A DNA stretch of 64,000 nt from an uncultured Spirochaetota bacterium (GCA_963783575.1 CAWAOD010000005.1:384001-448000), one strand, 5' to 3'. Shown: positions 1 to 10,216, numbered from the stretch's first letter. Numbers and translations are program-made. Notes: generated from the letters alone by a model not told the origin.

Positions 1-474
1 GCTTATATCCAGAACAAGTCCACTTATGAATTTTTTCAGGTTTTTAATATAAACTGCGGCGGTAATCCTTTCATGTATTTTTGGTTTAATCCTGATCTGC
101 GATCGTCTTTCATGAGTTTTAATATTCTGGTTAATTATATTTTTTACTATTTCATCGGCCATAATTGCAGGATTCTCAGAATAATGAACAAGCGATTTAA
201 TTCCTATGTTCATCAACTCTTTCAGATCATTGGGTTTAACGTTCTGACTGATAATTAAGAATATATTAATATCCGGCCGGATAGTTTTAACCTGATTCAT
301 AAAATCGCTCTGGAAATTATCCGTTATTAATAGCGGTATTGAAGCGTCTTCTTTCAACAATACAAGGGCTTCATCGCGGGAATTTGTTTCAAGTCCTTCA
401 ATCCCCATAGGTATGAGCTCGACTCCCATATCGAAAGATATATACTGGGAAAAGGTATAAATAATAGTCTTCAC
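1..474 (-). CDS. PilZ-domain protein with N-terminal receiver-like domain (3' end outside window)
   Basis: Not in the ORF track; translated by hand from GTG at 474 (AAGGA RBS upstream): MKTIIYTFSQYISFDMGVELIPMGIEG...THERRSQIRIKP...FISGLVLDIS. Shows the PilZ RxxxR motif and the start of the D/NxSxxG motif; frame runs open off the window edge. Confidence 0.7.
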   Translation of the reverse strand, partial: MKTIIYTFSQYISFDMGVELIPMGIEGLETNSRDEALVLLKEDASIPLLITDNFQSDFMNQVKTIRPDINIFLIISQNVKPNDLKELMNIGIKSLVHYSENPAIMADEIVKNIINQNIKTHERRSQIRIKPKIHERITAAVYIKNLKKFISGLVLDIS

Positions 475-643
475 ACTTGTGATCCTTAAAAAAATCGATC
501 GATTTAGGTTTAATATTTTAGATTTATGGTCGATTAGAATATAGTATGAGATTCTGTAAAAATCAACTTTATTAACTTATTGTAATTACTTGATTATTTC
601 ATTGATAGATGGTAAATTCAATATTTGTAAAGGAGTATTTTCG

Positions 644-1672
644 ATGAAAAAAATTATTCTTACGGTTTTATTTTGTTTTACTTTTATAAATTTATTTGCC
701 GCAGGAATTTCATTTCCTGAATTCGATGTTTACACGGAATTGCAGGATACAACAACAATGTTTACATCATACAGGATTGATATGCTGGTTGATACCGGGT
801 TGAAGTATGGAGTTCAGGTTGGTCTGGGGTTTAAGGCTTATGAAATAACAACCCTGGATTCTAATTATGCTGAACTTTCAACAATAAAAATTATGTCGAA
901 TCCCTTTGAGCATTTTTATTTCGGATATTTTCTCGGAAAAACCGCTACACTTGGAAATTCAGAGATCGGCTACAGCGGTTTTCAATTTCATCAGGAACCG
1001 CATCTGGAATATATCGGTTATAAAGATATTACCGGATCAGGTGTGGAAACCTATGCAAGCCTATTAGATGATCTTTTTGAACCTCACATTTATATATATC
1101 AGCCTTTTGATACAAATCTTGTTAATCTTGATTCTGTAATTTATTTTAATCTGGAAAATTATAGGATAGAAATTTATTTCGGAGTCAATACGATTGATTT
1201 CTACAGGGCTATTGTCAACAGTACCCTAGATAAGCGATTCGGACTATTTTTAAAAACTCAGTACGGAAAGGTGGATTTTACGATGGGGCTTTATTCACCG
1301 GATTCATATATAACAAATGTTCCTGCACCTGATGATTTTTATCTGAACGTTACGGAACATATTATTACAGGTTATTTTGAGCAGACACTTTCGTTTTTTA
1401 CACGGCCGTCTTTGTATAACGGCTATAAAGAAAATATCAGCAACGATTTTGATTTTTATCTATCCGCAGGCGCAAAAATTGAAGATCTTGGAATAGGGTT
1501 AGAAAATACATTTTTAATGGCAATAAATTATCCGATTTCCGACCGGGCTGGAATATATCTGTATTTTATAAATAACAGTCTTAAATATAAATTCGGTTTT
1601 TATTATGATTTAATGGGAACTGCATTCAGCTCCAAATACGGAGCCTTTGTGAGCCTGACAGGCAGCTTATGA
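644..1672 (+). CDS. Exported hypothetical protein, possibly outer-membrane beta-barrel
   Basis: AAGGAG RBS before ATG 644; signal peptide MKKIILTVLFCFTFINLFA; aromatic-rich alternating strands. No family recognised. Confidence 0.6.
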   Translation: MKKIILTVLFCFTFINLFAAGISFPEFDVYTELQDTTTMFTSYRIDMLVDTGLKYGVQVGLGFKAYEITTLDSNYAELSTIKIMSNPFEHFYFGYFLGKTATLGNSEIGYSGFQFHQEPHLEYIGYKDITGSGVETYASLLDDLFEPHIYIYQPFDTNLVNLDSVIYFNLENYRIEIYFGVNTIDFYRAIVNSTLDKRFGLFLKTQYGKVDFTMGLYSPDSYITNVPAPDDFYLNVTEHIITGYFEQTLSFFTRPSLYNGYKENISNDFDFYLSAGAKIEDLGIGLENTFLMAINYPISDRAGIYLYFINNSLKYKFGFYYDLMGTAFSSKYGAFVSLTGSL

Positions 1673-1692
1673 ACGGAAATCACTTCGGAAAA

Positions 1693-1721
1693 TTGACTAA
1701 ATTATGATTATATATTAAAAT
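1693..1721 (+). promoter_or_regulatory. sigma70-type promoter for rpoZ-miaA
   Basis: TTGACT-N17-TAAAAT, 30 bp upstream of the rpoZ start. Confidence 0.55.
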
Positions 1722-1751
1722 AAATAGCTCTGTTTACTCTGGAGGATTCTT

Positions 1752-1973
1752 ATGGCGATTCAGATAGATAAACTTCTCTCTTATCAGGGAAATAAATATG
1801 AGAAAACCACGGCTATGATTAAATATGCCCGCTTTCTCGCTCAGAAAAATGATGAAGACCTTGAAGTAGCTGTTACAAGGCATACAAAGGAAAAGATCAC
1901 ATCAGCGGCGATCAACGATATTCTTTCCGGAAAGATTACTTTTCAAATAGAGCCGCCCACCGAAGAAAAATAA
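1752..1973 (+). CDS. rpoZ: RNA polymerase omega subunit
   Basis: 73 aa with GNKYE...ARFL and KITSAAINDILSGKI omega-like segments; GGAGG RBS; directly upstream of miaA as in spirochaetes. Confidence 0.75.
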   Translation: MAIQIDKLLSYQGNKYEKTTAMIKYARFLAQKNDEDLEVAVTRHTKEKITSAAINDILSGKITFQIEPPTEEK

Positions 1974-1977
1974 TGGG

Positions 1978-2955
1978 ATGGAACACCCTTTATTATTATC
2001 TGCTTTTGAAGTTGTCACTAAAGAACAATTTGAATATTCTATTTCCAGTAAGGCTGCCATTGCTGTTGTCGGCCCAACCGGTGTTGGTAAAACTGAAATA
2101 GCAATCTATTTGGCAGGAGAAATAAATGGTGAAATTGTTTCTTGCGATTCCGTCCAGCTTTACCGTTTTCTTGATATTGGCTCTGCAAAACCTTCACCTG
2201 AAGAACAAAGTCTTGTTTCTCACCATATGATTGATGAGTTCGATCCCGATTACCGGATTGATGTGGGAGTATATAAAAGTCTTGCGGAAAGGGATATAAT
2301 CGATATTCACTCAAGAGATAAAATTCCTTTAATTACAGGCGGTACAGGACTATATTTCAATTCACTTTATTATGGTCTAATTTCGTCGCCATCGCGTTCT
2401 GCCGAACTCAGGATTGGCTTAGAAAAAAGGGCTTCAATTAAAGGCTTAGGTGAGATTTACAAAGAACTGCAGATAATTGATCCGGGGTCGGCGGGAAAAA
2501 TACTCCCGAATGATAAAAGACGTATAATTAGGGCGCTTGAAGTTTATTATTTAACGGGAGTCCCGATCTCAAAAATGAAGGAAACCAATAAAAAGCTCGG
2601 TTTAAACTGGTACATTATCGGCTTGAACAGGGAAAGAAAGGATCTTTATGAGCGTGTGGAAGCACGGATCGATAAAATGATTGAGGAAGGATTAATCGAA
2701 GAAACTCGCGGCATTATAAGTAAATTCGGCAGGGAAGCATTTGCTCTTGGAAGCATCGGTTATAGGCATGCCTTAAAATATCTGGACGGCGAATGGAATC
2801 TTGAGGTTTTTTTACGTCAATTAAAGCAGGATACCCGGCATTATGCTAAAAGACAGATTACCTGGTTTAAAAAAAATAAGGATATTCATTGGTACCACCC
2901 GGATCAAAAGAAAATTATCATTGAGGATGTAAAAAAATTTTTAGCAGGGAATTAG
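1978..2955 (+). CDS. miaA: tRNA dimethylallyltransferase
   Basis: GPTGVGKT P-loop, DSVQLY, DIGSAKP, GGTGLY, RRIIRALEV, TRHYAKRQITW. Confidence 0.97.
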   Translation: MEHPLLLSAFEVVTKEQFEYSISSKAAIAVVGPTGVGKTEIAIYLAGEINGEIVSCDSVQLYRFLDIGSAKPSPEEQSLVSHHMIDEFDPDYRIDVGVYKSLAERDIIDIHSRDKIPLITGGTGLYFNSLYYGLISSPSRSAELRIGLEKRASIKGLGEIYKELQIIDPGSAGKILPNDKRRIIRALEVYYLTGVPISKMKETNKKLGLNWYIIGLNRERKDLYERVEARIDKMIEEGLIEETRGIISKFGREAFALGSIGYRHALKYLDGEWNLEVFLRQLKQDTRHYAKRQITWFKKNKDIHWYHPDQKKIIIEDVKKFLAGN

Positions 2956-2958
2956 CTG

Positions 2959-3969
2959 TTGAGGTTATTGATTATGTTCAATATTGTATTCTATCTTTCA
3001 AATCCGGTTGATTTTTATCCGGTCTATGATTATCCTATACCAATCGAATTATTTGATTTTGACGGTTTTTCCGTATTCGGTAATCTATACAGGCAGATAT
3101 TTGAAATATTTCCTCAGGCGGAATACTATTTAATAGGTGAAGGTCTGATAAAATCTCCCGACTTTTATCCTGGTATCAATAAATTTAATTTTCCATCCGG
3201 AAACCCGCTTGCCAGGCTTATTTTATTTACCGCATTCAGTATTGCATACCGGTTAAATCCTTTTACTGTTTTTCTACCGTCAAATATTATACTCGATGAT
3301 CCTGAAATACTTACAACTCTTATTAAAAATATTTCCGAAAACCCTGTATCATTATCGGCAATAACATTAATATCAGGCTCAGGCAGGGAATTTCCATTTT
3401 ATATTGAAGCATCGGAAATTATCAGCCGGTCGGATGAATTAACTCTTAACGGAATTAAAAAATTTATTACGCTTGAGGAAATAAAAAAAATAAAAGAAAC
3501 CGGTTCCAATGATGTAATTGTGGAAAAGTATTTCGGCCGGACTGGTATATTGACTTTTAATTCAATGAAATTCGGAGAGATAATTTCTTCTTACACTGAA
3601 GATTTAGGCGAATTGTTTTATCTTCTTGTACAGGCATGGATAGATGGTAAATCGGTTCAAACAAGTATAAGGGAAATTATAAAATCTCTCACTGATTATA
3701 ATTTATATGATATTTTCAGTAAAACTGATGATAAGTTTATGGCTTCGCCGGGAATTAAATTTAAGGAAATAGCATCCTGCGGAAAATTTCCGGAAGCCTT
3801 GCCACTGGATTCGCAGGGAAATTATATACTCGGCGGGGCTTTCTTTGATAGAGTATTCGATTCTATAATCATAAACAAAAGCAATAAACCTGTTATTTTA
3901 AAAAACTTAAATCAGGTATTGGTTTTATCCAGAGATGGAACAGTAAAAATCGAAGGTTTGATCAATTAA
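2959..3969 (+). CDS. Degenerate mannose-1-phosphate guanylyltransferase (ManC)-like protein
   Basis: Collinear resemblance to ManC (FLPSNII ~ LPSDHxI; YFGRTGILTF ~ YLWNSGMFxF; DSQGNYILG plus beta-helix tail), but the GGxGTRLWP and EKP motifs are absent. Confidence 0.5.
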   Translation: MRLLIMFNIVFYLSNPVDFYPVYDYPIPIELFDFDGFSVFGNLYRQIFEIFPQAEYYLIGEGLIKSPDFYPGINKFNFPSGNPLARLILFTAFSIAYRLNPFTVFLPSNIILDDPEILTTLIKNISENPVSLSAITLISGSGREFPFYIEASEIISRSDELTLNGIKKFITLEEIKKIKETGSNDVIVEKYFGRTGILTFNSMKFGEIISSYTEDLGELFYLLVQAWIDGKSVQTSIREIIKSLTDYNLYDIFSKTDDKFMASPGIKFKEIASCGKFPEALPLDSQGNYILGGAFFDRVFDSIIINKSNKPVILKNLNQVLVLSRDGTVKIEGLIN

Positions 3970-4009
3970 GAGTTTATTTAACTTTTATTTTAAAACTATT
4001 TAATAATTC

Positions 4010-4057
4010 TTGACAAAAGTAGTCAGTATTGAGTATAATATAGTCAGTACTGACTAT
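4010..4057 (+). promoter_or_regulatory. sigma70 promoter overlapped by two putative PadR operators
   Basis: TTGACA (4010-4015)-N18-TATAAT (4034-4039); perfect 18-bp palindrome ATAGTCAGTACTGACTAT at 4040-4057 and an imperfect copy at 4020-4035. Confidence 0.75.
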
Positions 4058-4069
4058 TGGAGTATTTTT

Positions 4070-4609
4070 ATGAAGATACCGCTTTATTTATTGGGGCTTC
4101 TCAAAAGATTCGGGCCTCTGCATGGCTATCAACTGAAAAAAATTGTTGATGATAATCTTTCAGATTTTACGCAGATAAAACTTCCAAATATTTACTATCA
4201 CCTGGAAAAACTGGGAAAAGAGGGATTTTTATCCGCAGGATTGGAACAAAGGGATTCTGGGACCGAAAGGACGGTTTATTCATTGACAATTAAAGGGAAA
4301 AAGAAATTTAAAGATATGCTTAACAGTTTTCTGAATTTCGATTACCGGGCTTCTTTCGATTCGGATGCGGCATTCTTCTTTTCCGATTCTCTTCCGGTAG
4401 AATTATTGGAGAAAAATCTTGAAACTTACAGGGATAAAATGGCGAAAGCCCTGTTGATATTAAAAAAGCATAAGACAGAAAGTCTGAATTCCATACCTGA
4501 AAAATTCCGGGTATCCGCATCTGTTATCTTCAGCCATCATGAAAAACATTATAAGGCTGAACTGGATTGGGTTGAAGAATCGCTTAAAATATACAAAAAA
4601 GATATATAA
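4070..4609 (+). CDS. PadR-family transcriptional regulator
   Basis: LLGLL..GPLHGYQL, IYYHLEKL..EG, RTVYSLT.KG winged helix; C-terminal AELDW helix. Confidence 0.92.
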   Translation: MKIPLYLLGLLKRFGPLHGYQLKKIVDDNLSDFTQIKLPNIYYHLEKLGKEGFLSAGLEQRDSGTERTVYSLTIKGKKKFKDMLNSFLNFDYRASFDSDAAFFFSDSLPVELLEKNLETYRDKMAKALLILKKHKTESLNSIPEKFRVSASVIFSHHEKHYKAELDWVEESLKIYKKDI

Positions 4610-4622
4610 GGAGGATTTTCTT

Positions 4623-5087
4623 ATGGATGAGTTGAAAAAAAAAATCCTGGATGAGAGAAACTTTAAAGTAAATTATTTTAAAATAAGCGGTAATCTCTGG
4701 AGGGCTGAAGCAGAGGTAAAGGATGATCTGCATCAAATAAAGACCTGGCTTGAAATTAGCATCCTGGATTTTAAAATAAAAGACGCTGGTATTGAATTTA
4801 TTAAAATGCCTTTTGAGGAATGCAAATTAATTTGTGAGAAAGCAAAAAAGCTAATCGGGACAAAGGTAAAGGACCTTGGATTCAAAATTTTCCGCACTTT
4901 TCTTGGAATAAACGGATGCTCAAATGTCTATCTTTTATTTGGTCTTTCCGGCCCCGGATTCTACAATATATACCAACTGAATATGGTTAATGAAGGTATA
5001 ATCAGTCAAAACGATTACAATTTAATGATGAAGAAAGACTGTGTCGCACATAAAGAGATTAATATTAAGAAGAATAAAAATGTATAA
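4623..5087 (+). CDS. DUF2889-like protein
   Basis: DDLHQI, MPFEEC, GINGCSN, DCVAH cysteine pattern; GGAGG RBS before ATG 4623. Confidence 0.65.
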   Translation: MDELKKKILDERNFKVNYFKISGNLWRAEAEVKDDLHQIKTWLEISILDFKIKDAGIEFIKMPFEECKLICEKAKKLIGTKVKDLGFKIFRTFLGINGCSNVYLLFGLSGPGFYNIYQLNMVNEGIISQNDYNLMMKKDCVAHKEINIKKNKNV

Positions 5088-5099
5088 CCGGTCTGTTCG

Positions 5100-7094
5100 T
5101 TAAAGGCTTTTCATAATATAATCAAGGTAGCTGCTCATAGACAGAGCCCTTGATATCGACATCGCTGAAATATTGGCGAAAGAATCCAGGTACCTTGCCT
5201 GGTCTTTTGATAGTTGGGGATCATTATCCTTTTTTAATATTGCAAGCACGCCAATAACGGAATCATGGGTTTTCATGGGAAGGTAAAACCACTGCGATGA
5301 TGAAAGCGTATCAGTACCCCTTCCGGCAGTCTTCCCGTTTTTATAGACCCACTGGGCTATACCGGATTCATTGCCGCTGAAAGATTCTGTTTTTTCTGTG
5401 CTTCCCATAATCTTTACGATATCTTCCTTATTGGGAAGGAGAATTACCACCTCACATTTGAAGAATTCGGAAATATTTTTGTTGATTGTCCTTAGTATGT
5501 CGCTAAGCTGGTTATAAGTTAGAAGTTCTTTGCTGAAGTTATAGATGGTGAAAAGGAATTTTTCCTGGTCGCGGTAGATATCTATCCTCCACCTGAGACG
5601 GTCGGATAGAATGCTTGTCGATATGCCGACAATGAAAAACACGACAAAGATCGGTAGGTACCGGATATTATTTACAGAAAGCTTAAAATATGGTTCGACA
5701 AAAAAGTAGTCCAGTGAAGCTACCGAAAGAAGCGAAGCCCAGATGCCCTGTTCCCTGCCCAAATATGTACTGACGATTATAACTGGTATTAGCATCAGCA
5801 TTACGACATTTGTAAAACCGAGTTCCTTAAAAAATATAAAGCTAATCCCGGTAAATATCAAAACTATAATTAAAGTAATAATATACCTTACAAAATCGAT
5901 CTTTTTTTTAGCCGCCGGTTTTTTCTGACGTAATTTCTGCTCATCCGAGGAATCTACAAGCATTACCTGTATGGGTTTCGCTTTGCGGATAAGATCGTTA
6001 ACGACTGACCCCCTCATTATATTGTTAAACCTGGATCTCGAAGAAAAACCGATAAGAATTAATGTGATATTGTTTTCAACTGCGAACCTTGCTATTTCAT
6101 CTGCAATTGTATTTCCTATCAAGGTTATTGTTTTTGCTCCAAGATCTTCGGCAAGCTTGAGATTTTTTTCCGCCTGTGCCCTAGCATCTTCACTTACATT
6201 ACCGAACTGGATCGACTCGATATAAACCGTGTACCATTCGGCATTCAGGTCTTCGGCCATCCTGTGCCCTATACGAATAAGCTTCTGCGACGATGGACTG
6301 GAACTTATGGCGATTAGGAGTCTGGAACTTACTGAGACCTGGCTTTGCATAGAGTTTTCACGCATATAATTCAAAAATTCATCGCCGACCTGCCTTGCGG
6401 TATATCTGAGGGAAAGTTCTCTTAATCCCATCAGATTGCTCTTTTTAAAAAACTCAAGCATTGCGGTCCTGGCTTTTTCCGGTATGTAGACCTTGCCGTC
6501 CTTAAGCCTTCTTTCAAGTTCCTCGATCGGAATATCGACAAGTTCTATTTCATCGGCATTATCAAAAGAACTGTCCGGTACGATTTCTTTTACTTTGATT
6601 CCCGTCATCTGTTCGACAATATCGTTTATACTTTCCAGATGCTGAACATTTAATGTAGTAACAACACTGATACCGTCATTTATCAACTCTTCAATATCCT
6701 GCCAGCGTTTGGTGTTCCTCGAACCGGGAATGTTGGTATGCGCCATTTCATCGACAAGGACAAGCGCGGGCTTTCTTTTCATAACTGCGTCAATATCCAT
6801 TTCATCGATTGTTATGCCCTGGTATTCGATTTTTCTGCGCGGGATGATTTCCAGGTCCGCAAGTAATGCTTCGGTCTCGGCCCTTTTATGCGTTTCAACA
6901 ATGCCTATGACCACATCTACGCCGCTAGATTTGAGCTGTCTGGCATTCTGGAGCATCCGGTAAGTTTTACCGACGCCTGCCGAATACCCCAGGTATATTT
7001 TTAAAATACCGCTCCCGTCGCTTTCATCGGCTTCCTGCTGCTGCATTCTCTTCAATATCGTTTCGGGGTCAAGCCGCCTGTGTTCCTGTGCCAT
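5100..7094 (-). CDS. kdpD: KdpD sensor lacking the histidine-kinase transmitter domain
   Basis: KdpD N-domain (GYSAGVGKT, LVDEMAHTN, TTLNVQHLES), Usp domain, 4-TM DUF4118-type region and GAF domain; ends before any H-box. Confidence 0.88.
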   Translation of the reverse strand: MAQEHRRLDPETILKRMQQQEADESDGSGILKIYLGYSAGVGKTYRMLQNARQLKSSGVDVVIGIVETHKRAETEALLADLEIIPRRKIEYQGITIDEMDIDAVMKRKPALVLVDEMAHTNIPGSRNTKRWQDIEELINDGISVVTTLNVQHLESINDIVEQMTGIKVKEIVPDSSFDNADEIELVDIPIEELERRLKDGKVYIPEKARTAMLEFFKKSNLMGLRELSLRYTARQVGDEFLNYMRENSMQSQVSVSSRLLIAISSSPSSQKLIRIGHRMAEDLNAEWYTVYIESIQFGNVSEDARAQAEKNLKLAEDLGAKTITLIGNTIADEIARFAVENNITLILIGFSSRSRFNNIMRGSVVNDLIRKAKPIQVMLVDSSDEQKLRQKKPAAKKKIDFVRYIITLIIVLIFTGISFIFFKELGFTNVVMLMLIPVIIVSTYLGREQGIWASLLSVASLDYFFVEPYFKLSVNNIRYLPIFVVFFIVGISTSILSDRLRWRIDIYRDQEKFLFTIYNFSKELLTYNQLSDILRTINKNISEFFKCEVVILLPNKEDIVKIMGSTEKTESFSGNESGIAQWVYKNGKTAGRGTDTLSSSQWFYLPMKTHDSVIGVLAILKKDNDPQLSKDQARYLDSFANISAMSISRALSMSSYLDYIMKSL

Positions 7095-7128
7095 TTCTTA
7101 CCTCCGGAAAGCCCGTCAAAATAGCTTT

Positions 7129-7511
7129 TTATATTTTAATATTCAGCTCAAATTCTACAATTGTTTTTATGATATATTGTGCAATTTCTGATATATCTGT
7201 ATTGATATCAAATTCATTTTCCCTAAATTCTATGTTCTCACCAGAGTGCGATGGATAGGTTAGAACTATATAACCTTTCAGAGTTTTATCATCATAGTAA
7301 TTTTTCAATTCGATCTTATCTTTCAAGTTAGCTGCAAATTCTTCAGGCAGTCCTTTCCAGATAGCGTCTATAATCTCATCAGTTTATCCAAAATCTTCTT
7401 AAGATTATCTGAAACTATATTATTTCCCGGTTGATCGGCTCCCCGTATAAGCTGGTGTCTTAGGTTGATTATTAGCTTGATTAATTCATCATATGATTCT
7501 TTCTCAGACAT
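7129..7511 (-). CDS. Hypothetical protein (~127 aa) with one frameshift near 7383
   Basis: ATG 7511 gives MSEKESYDELIKLIINLRHQ...KKILDK; one added base continues DEIIDAIWKGLPEEFAANLKDKIEL into the tracked ORF 7129-7326. Confidence 0.5.
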
Positions 7512-7583
7512 AAAATATCTTCCACAATAAATATTTAATATATTAACTTTTGGTATAAAGTAACTGTATTTTTATCAAGCAAT

Positions 7584-8144
7584 TTAGTTAACACCGGCCA
7601 ATTTATCAAGGGCTAAATTTAGCTTTAGCACATTCACTTTTTGCTCCGATAGTATGTTTTCCCTGTTACTTAAAATTAAAATTTTTACATCGTTAATATT
7701 AAGATTACGTATTTTTGCTATTCTACCGGCTTGAATCATGGCATTTGAAACACTTATATCGGGATCGAGGCCGCTCGCGGAAGCCAGCGCCATATCCGCC
7801 GGGATGGCAGCGCCTTCAGGTAAATTATTTATTCTGCGGATATCAAGGATACGGTTACTGACCATATTAATCAAATTGGAACTGGTTGGGCCATAATTAT
7901 AACCGCCGGAATTCGTCGCGTCATAATCGCTTGCCGAAGGCCGGCCCCAGAAATATATATCATTGGTAAAAAGCTGGCCGATCAGCCCCGATCCGGCAAT
8001 TTTACCGTTTCGCATTACCAGGCTTCCGTTCGACTGCTTCGGAAAAGCTATCTGTGCAATTCCGGTTATGAGAAACGGGTAGACTAAACCGGTTAGAACG
8101 GTAAATACAATTAATATTATTATGGATTGTATGATTAATTTCAT
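7584..8144 (-). CDS. kdpC: K+-transporting ATPase subunit C
   Basis: GSGLIGQ, YFWGRPSA, ASASGLDPDIS, VNVLKLNLALD. Confidence 0.97.
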   Translation of the reverse strand: MKLIIQSIIILIVFTVLTGLVYPFLITGIAQIAFPKQSNGSLVMRNGKIAGSGLIGQLFTNDIYFWGRPSASDYDATNSGGYNYGPTSSNLINMVSNRILDIRRINNLPEGAAIPADMALASASGLDPDISVSNAMIQAGRIAKIRNLNINDVKILILSNRENILSEQKVNVLKLNLALDKLAGVN

Positions 8145-8153
8145 AAATTTCTC

Positions 8154-10205
8154 CTATTTGAATAATTGCAGGAACATATCGATAAGCTTAATCCCGGGAA
8201 ACGGCAAAATAACGCCTCCGAAACCGTAGATAAGAAGGTTCCTCCATAAAAGGGAGACAGCCGATTGAGTTCTGTACTTGACCCCGCGCAACGCAAGGGG
8301 AATCAGTAAAGGTATGATTATCGCATTGAAAATAACGGCTGCAAGAATTGCAGATTCCGGATTTGCCAGGTGCATAATATTCAATATGCCCAGCGCCGGA
8401 AATGCCACCATAAACATAGCCGGAACGATGGCAAAATACTTTGACACATCATTAGCTATGCTGAAGGTCGTAAGAGCTCCGCGTGTAATAAGAATTTCCT
8501 TACCTATTTCAACAATGTCAAGAAGCTTTGTTGGGTTGGAATCAAGGTCGATCATATTCGACGCTTCCCTTGCAACCTGGGTGCCTGCGTTCATTGCGAC
8601 TGCGACATCCGCCTGGGCGAGAGCAGGAGCGTCGTTCGTACCGTCGCCGATCATCGCAACCAGAAAACCGTCAGCCTGGTATTTACGGATCATCTCAAGC
8701 TTCATTTCGGGTTTTGCCTGCGCTATGAAATCATCTATTCCTGCCTCAGCTGCTATGGTAGCGGCTGTAAGCTGGTTATCTCCCGTAATCATAACGGATT
8801 TTATACCCATTTTACGGAGATGAGCAAGCCTTTCCTTAATACCTACTTTAAGAATGTCCGACAGGCGGATTACTCCCAAAACATTTCCGTCTTCAGCTAC
8901 GACCAGCGGTGTTCCGCCCTTTTCCGAGATATTTCTGACATTTGAACGTACAGATTCGTCGATTTTAGCATTTTTTGATTGTACCAGGGCTTCAATAGCT
9001 TCAAAAGAGCCTTTTCGTATCTCTTTTCCTTCCATATCTATACCGCTCATCCGGCTTTCTGCAGTGAAGGGGATGAATTTTGCGTTTTCAGGGACTTTAA
9101 TATCCCTTCCGCGGATATTGAGCGTTTCTTTAGCAAGGGTCAGGATGCTTCTGCCTTCGGGTGTTTCATCCGCAAGGGAAGCAAAGAGAGATTTTCTGGC
9201 CAGTTCTTCCATGGTAACACCATCGGCGGGAAGGAATTTTTTGGCCATCCTGTTTCCAAGGGTTATTGTACCTGTTTTATCGAGAAGAACAATACTTACA
9301 TCACCGGATGCTTCAACTGCACGTCCGGAAAGGGCAATTACGTTCCTTTCGATCAAGCGGTCCATGCCGGCAATTCCGATTGCAGGGAGAAGCGCGCCGA
9401 TTGTTGTCGGCATAAGGCAGACAAGCAGTGCAACAAGTACCGGCACGGTTACATATACGCCGGAATATTTGTTATAAAGTATCAGCGTTATAACAACTAT
9501 TATAAACAATATTGTCAGCCCTACAAGAAGTATTTCCAGGGCGATTTCATTCGGGGTCTTCTGCCGTTTAGCGCCTTCCACCATGGAAATCATTGTGTCA
9601 AGAAAGCTTTCTCCGGGATTGCTGGTGATCTTTATTTTAAGTATACCCTCGATTATTTTTGTTCCGCCCGTCACTCCGCTTCTGTCGCCGCCGGCTTCCC
9701 TGATTACCGGCGCCGATTCACCCGTTATCGCCGATTCATCCACAAGTGCCGTCCCCTCGACAATTTCACCGTCTCCTGCAATTAGCTCACCCTTTCCGAC
9801 AAGAATAAAGTCGTCTTTTATCAGGCTTAGTGCCGGTATTTCCTGGATGTTACCGGGATTCCCGGTTGTTGCTTTTTCCGTTATCTTATGGGCCATCATT
9901 GTGCTTCTCGTGCTTTTCAATTCTTCCGTCTGGGCTTTTCCGCGGCTTTCTGCGATTGCCTCGGCAAAATTTGAAAAGATCACTGTAAACCATAACCATA
10001 AGCTGATGTTTAGATTGAATAAATAAGGCTGATTCTTAACAATATTAATAATTGTAATGAACGTTGTTATTACAGCGCCGATCTCTACAACAAACATAAC
10101 TATATTACGGATCATAATCAAAGGGTTCAATCTTATAAAGGATTCTTTTAGGGCATCCAGCAATATCGGTTTCCAATCTATATGTTTCATTTTTTCAACT
10201 GACAT
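8154..10205 (-). CDS. kdpB: K+-transporting ATPase subunit B
   Basis: TGES, DKTGT phosphorylation site, [15 protein letters not shown]. Confidence 0.98.
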   Translation of the reverse strand: MSVEKMKHIDWKPILLDALKESFIRLNPLIMIRNIVMFVVEIGAVITTFITIINIVKNQPYLFNLNISLWLWFTVIFSNFAEAIAESRGKAQTEELKSTRSTMMAHKITEKATTGNPGNIQEIPALSLIKDDFILVGKGELIAGDGEIVEGTALVDESAITGESAPVIREAGGDRSGVTGGTKIIEGILKIKITSNPGESFLDTMISMVEGAKRQKTPNEIALEILLVGLTILFIIVVITLILYNKYSGVYVTVPVLVALLVCLMPTTIGALLPAIGIAGMDRLIERNVIALSGRAVEASGDVSIVLLDKTGTITLGNRMAKKFLPADGVTMEELARKSLFASLADETPEGRSILTLAKETLNIRGRDIKVPENAKFIPFTAESRMSGIDMEGKEIRKGSFEAIEALVQSKNAKIDESVRSNVRNISEKGGTPLVVAEDGNVLGVIRLSDILKVGIKERLAHLRKMGIKSVMITGDNQLTAATIAAEAGIDDFIAQAKPEMKLEMIRKYQADGFLVAMIGDGTNDAPALAQADVAVAMNAGTQVAREASNMIDLDSNPTKLLDIVEIGKEILITRGALTTFSIANDVSKYFAIVPAMFMVAFPALGILNIMHLANPESAILAAVIFNAIIIPLLIPLALRGVKYRTQSAVSLLWRNLLIYGFGGVILPFPGIKLIDMFLQLFK

Positions 10206-10216
10206 ATTTTACCTCC

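Noticed and set aside
73..258. 61-aa plus-strand ORF
   Set aside because: Antisense shadow of the PilZ-domain gene on the minus strand.
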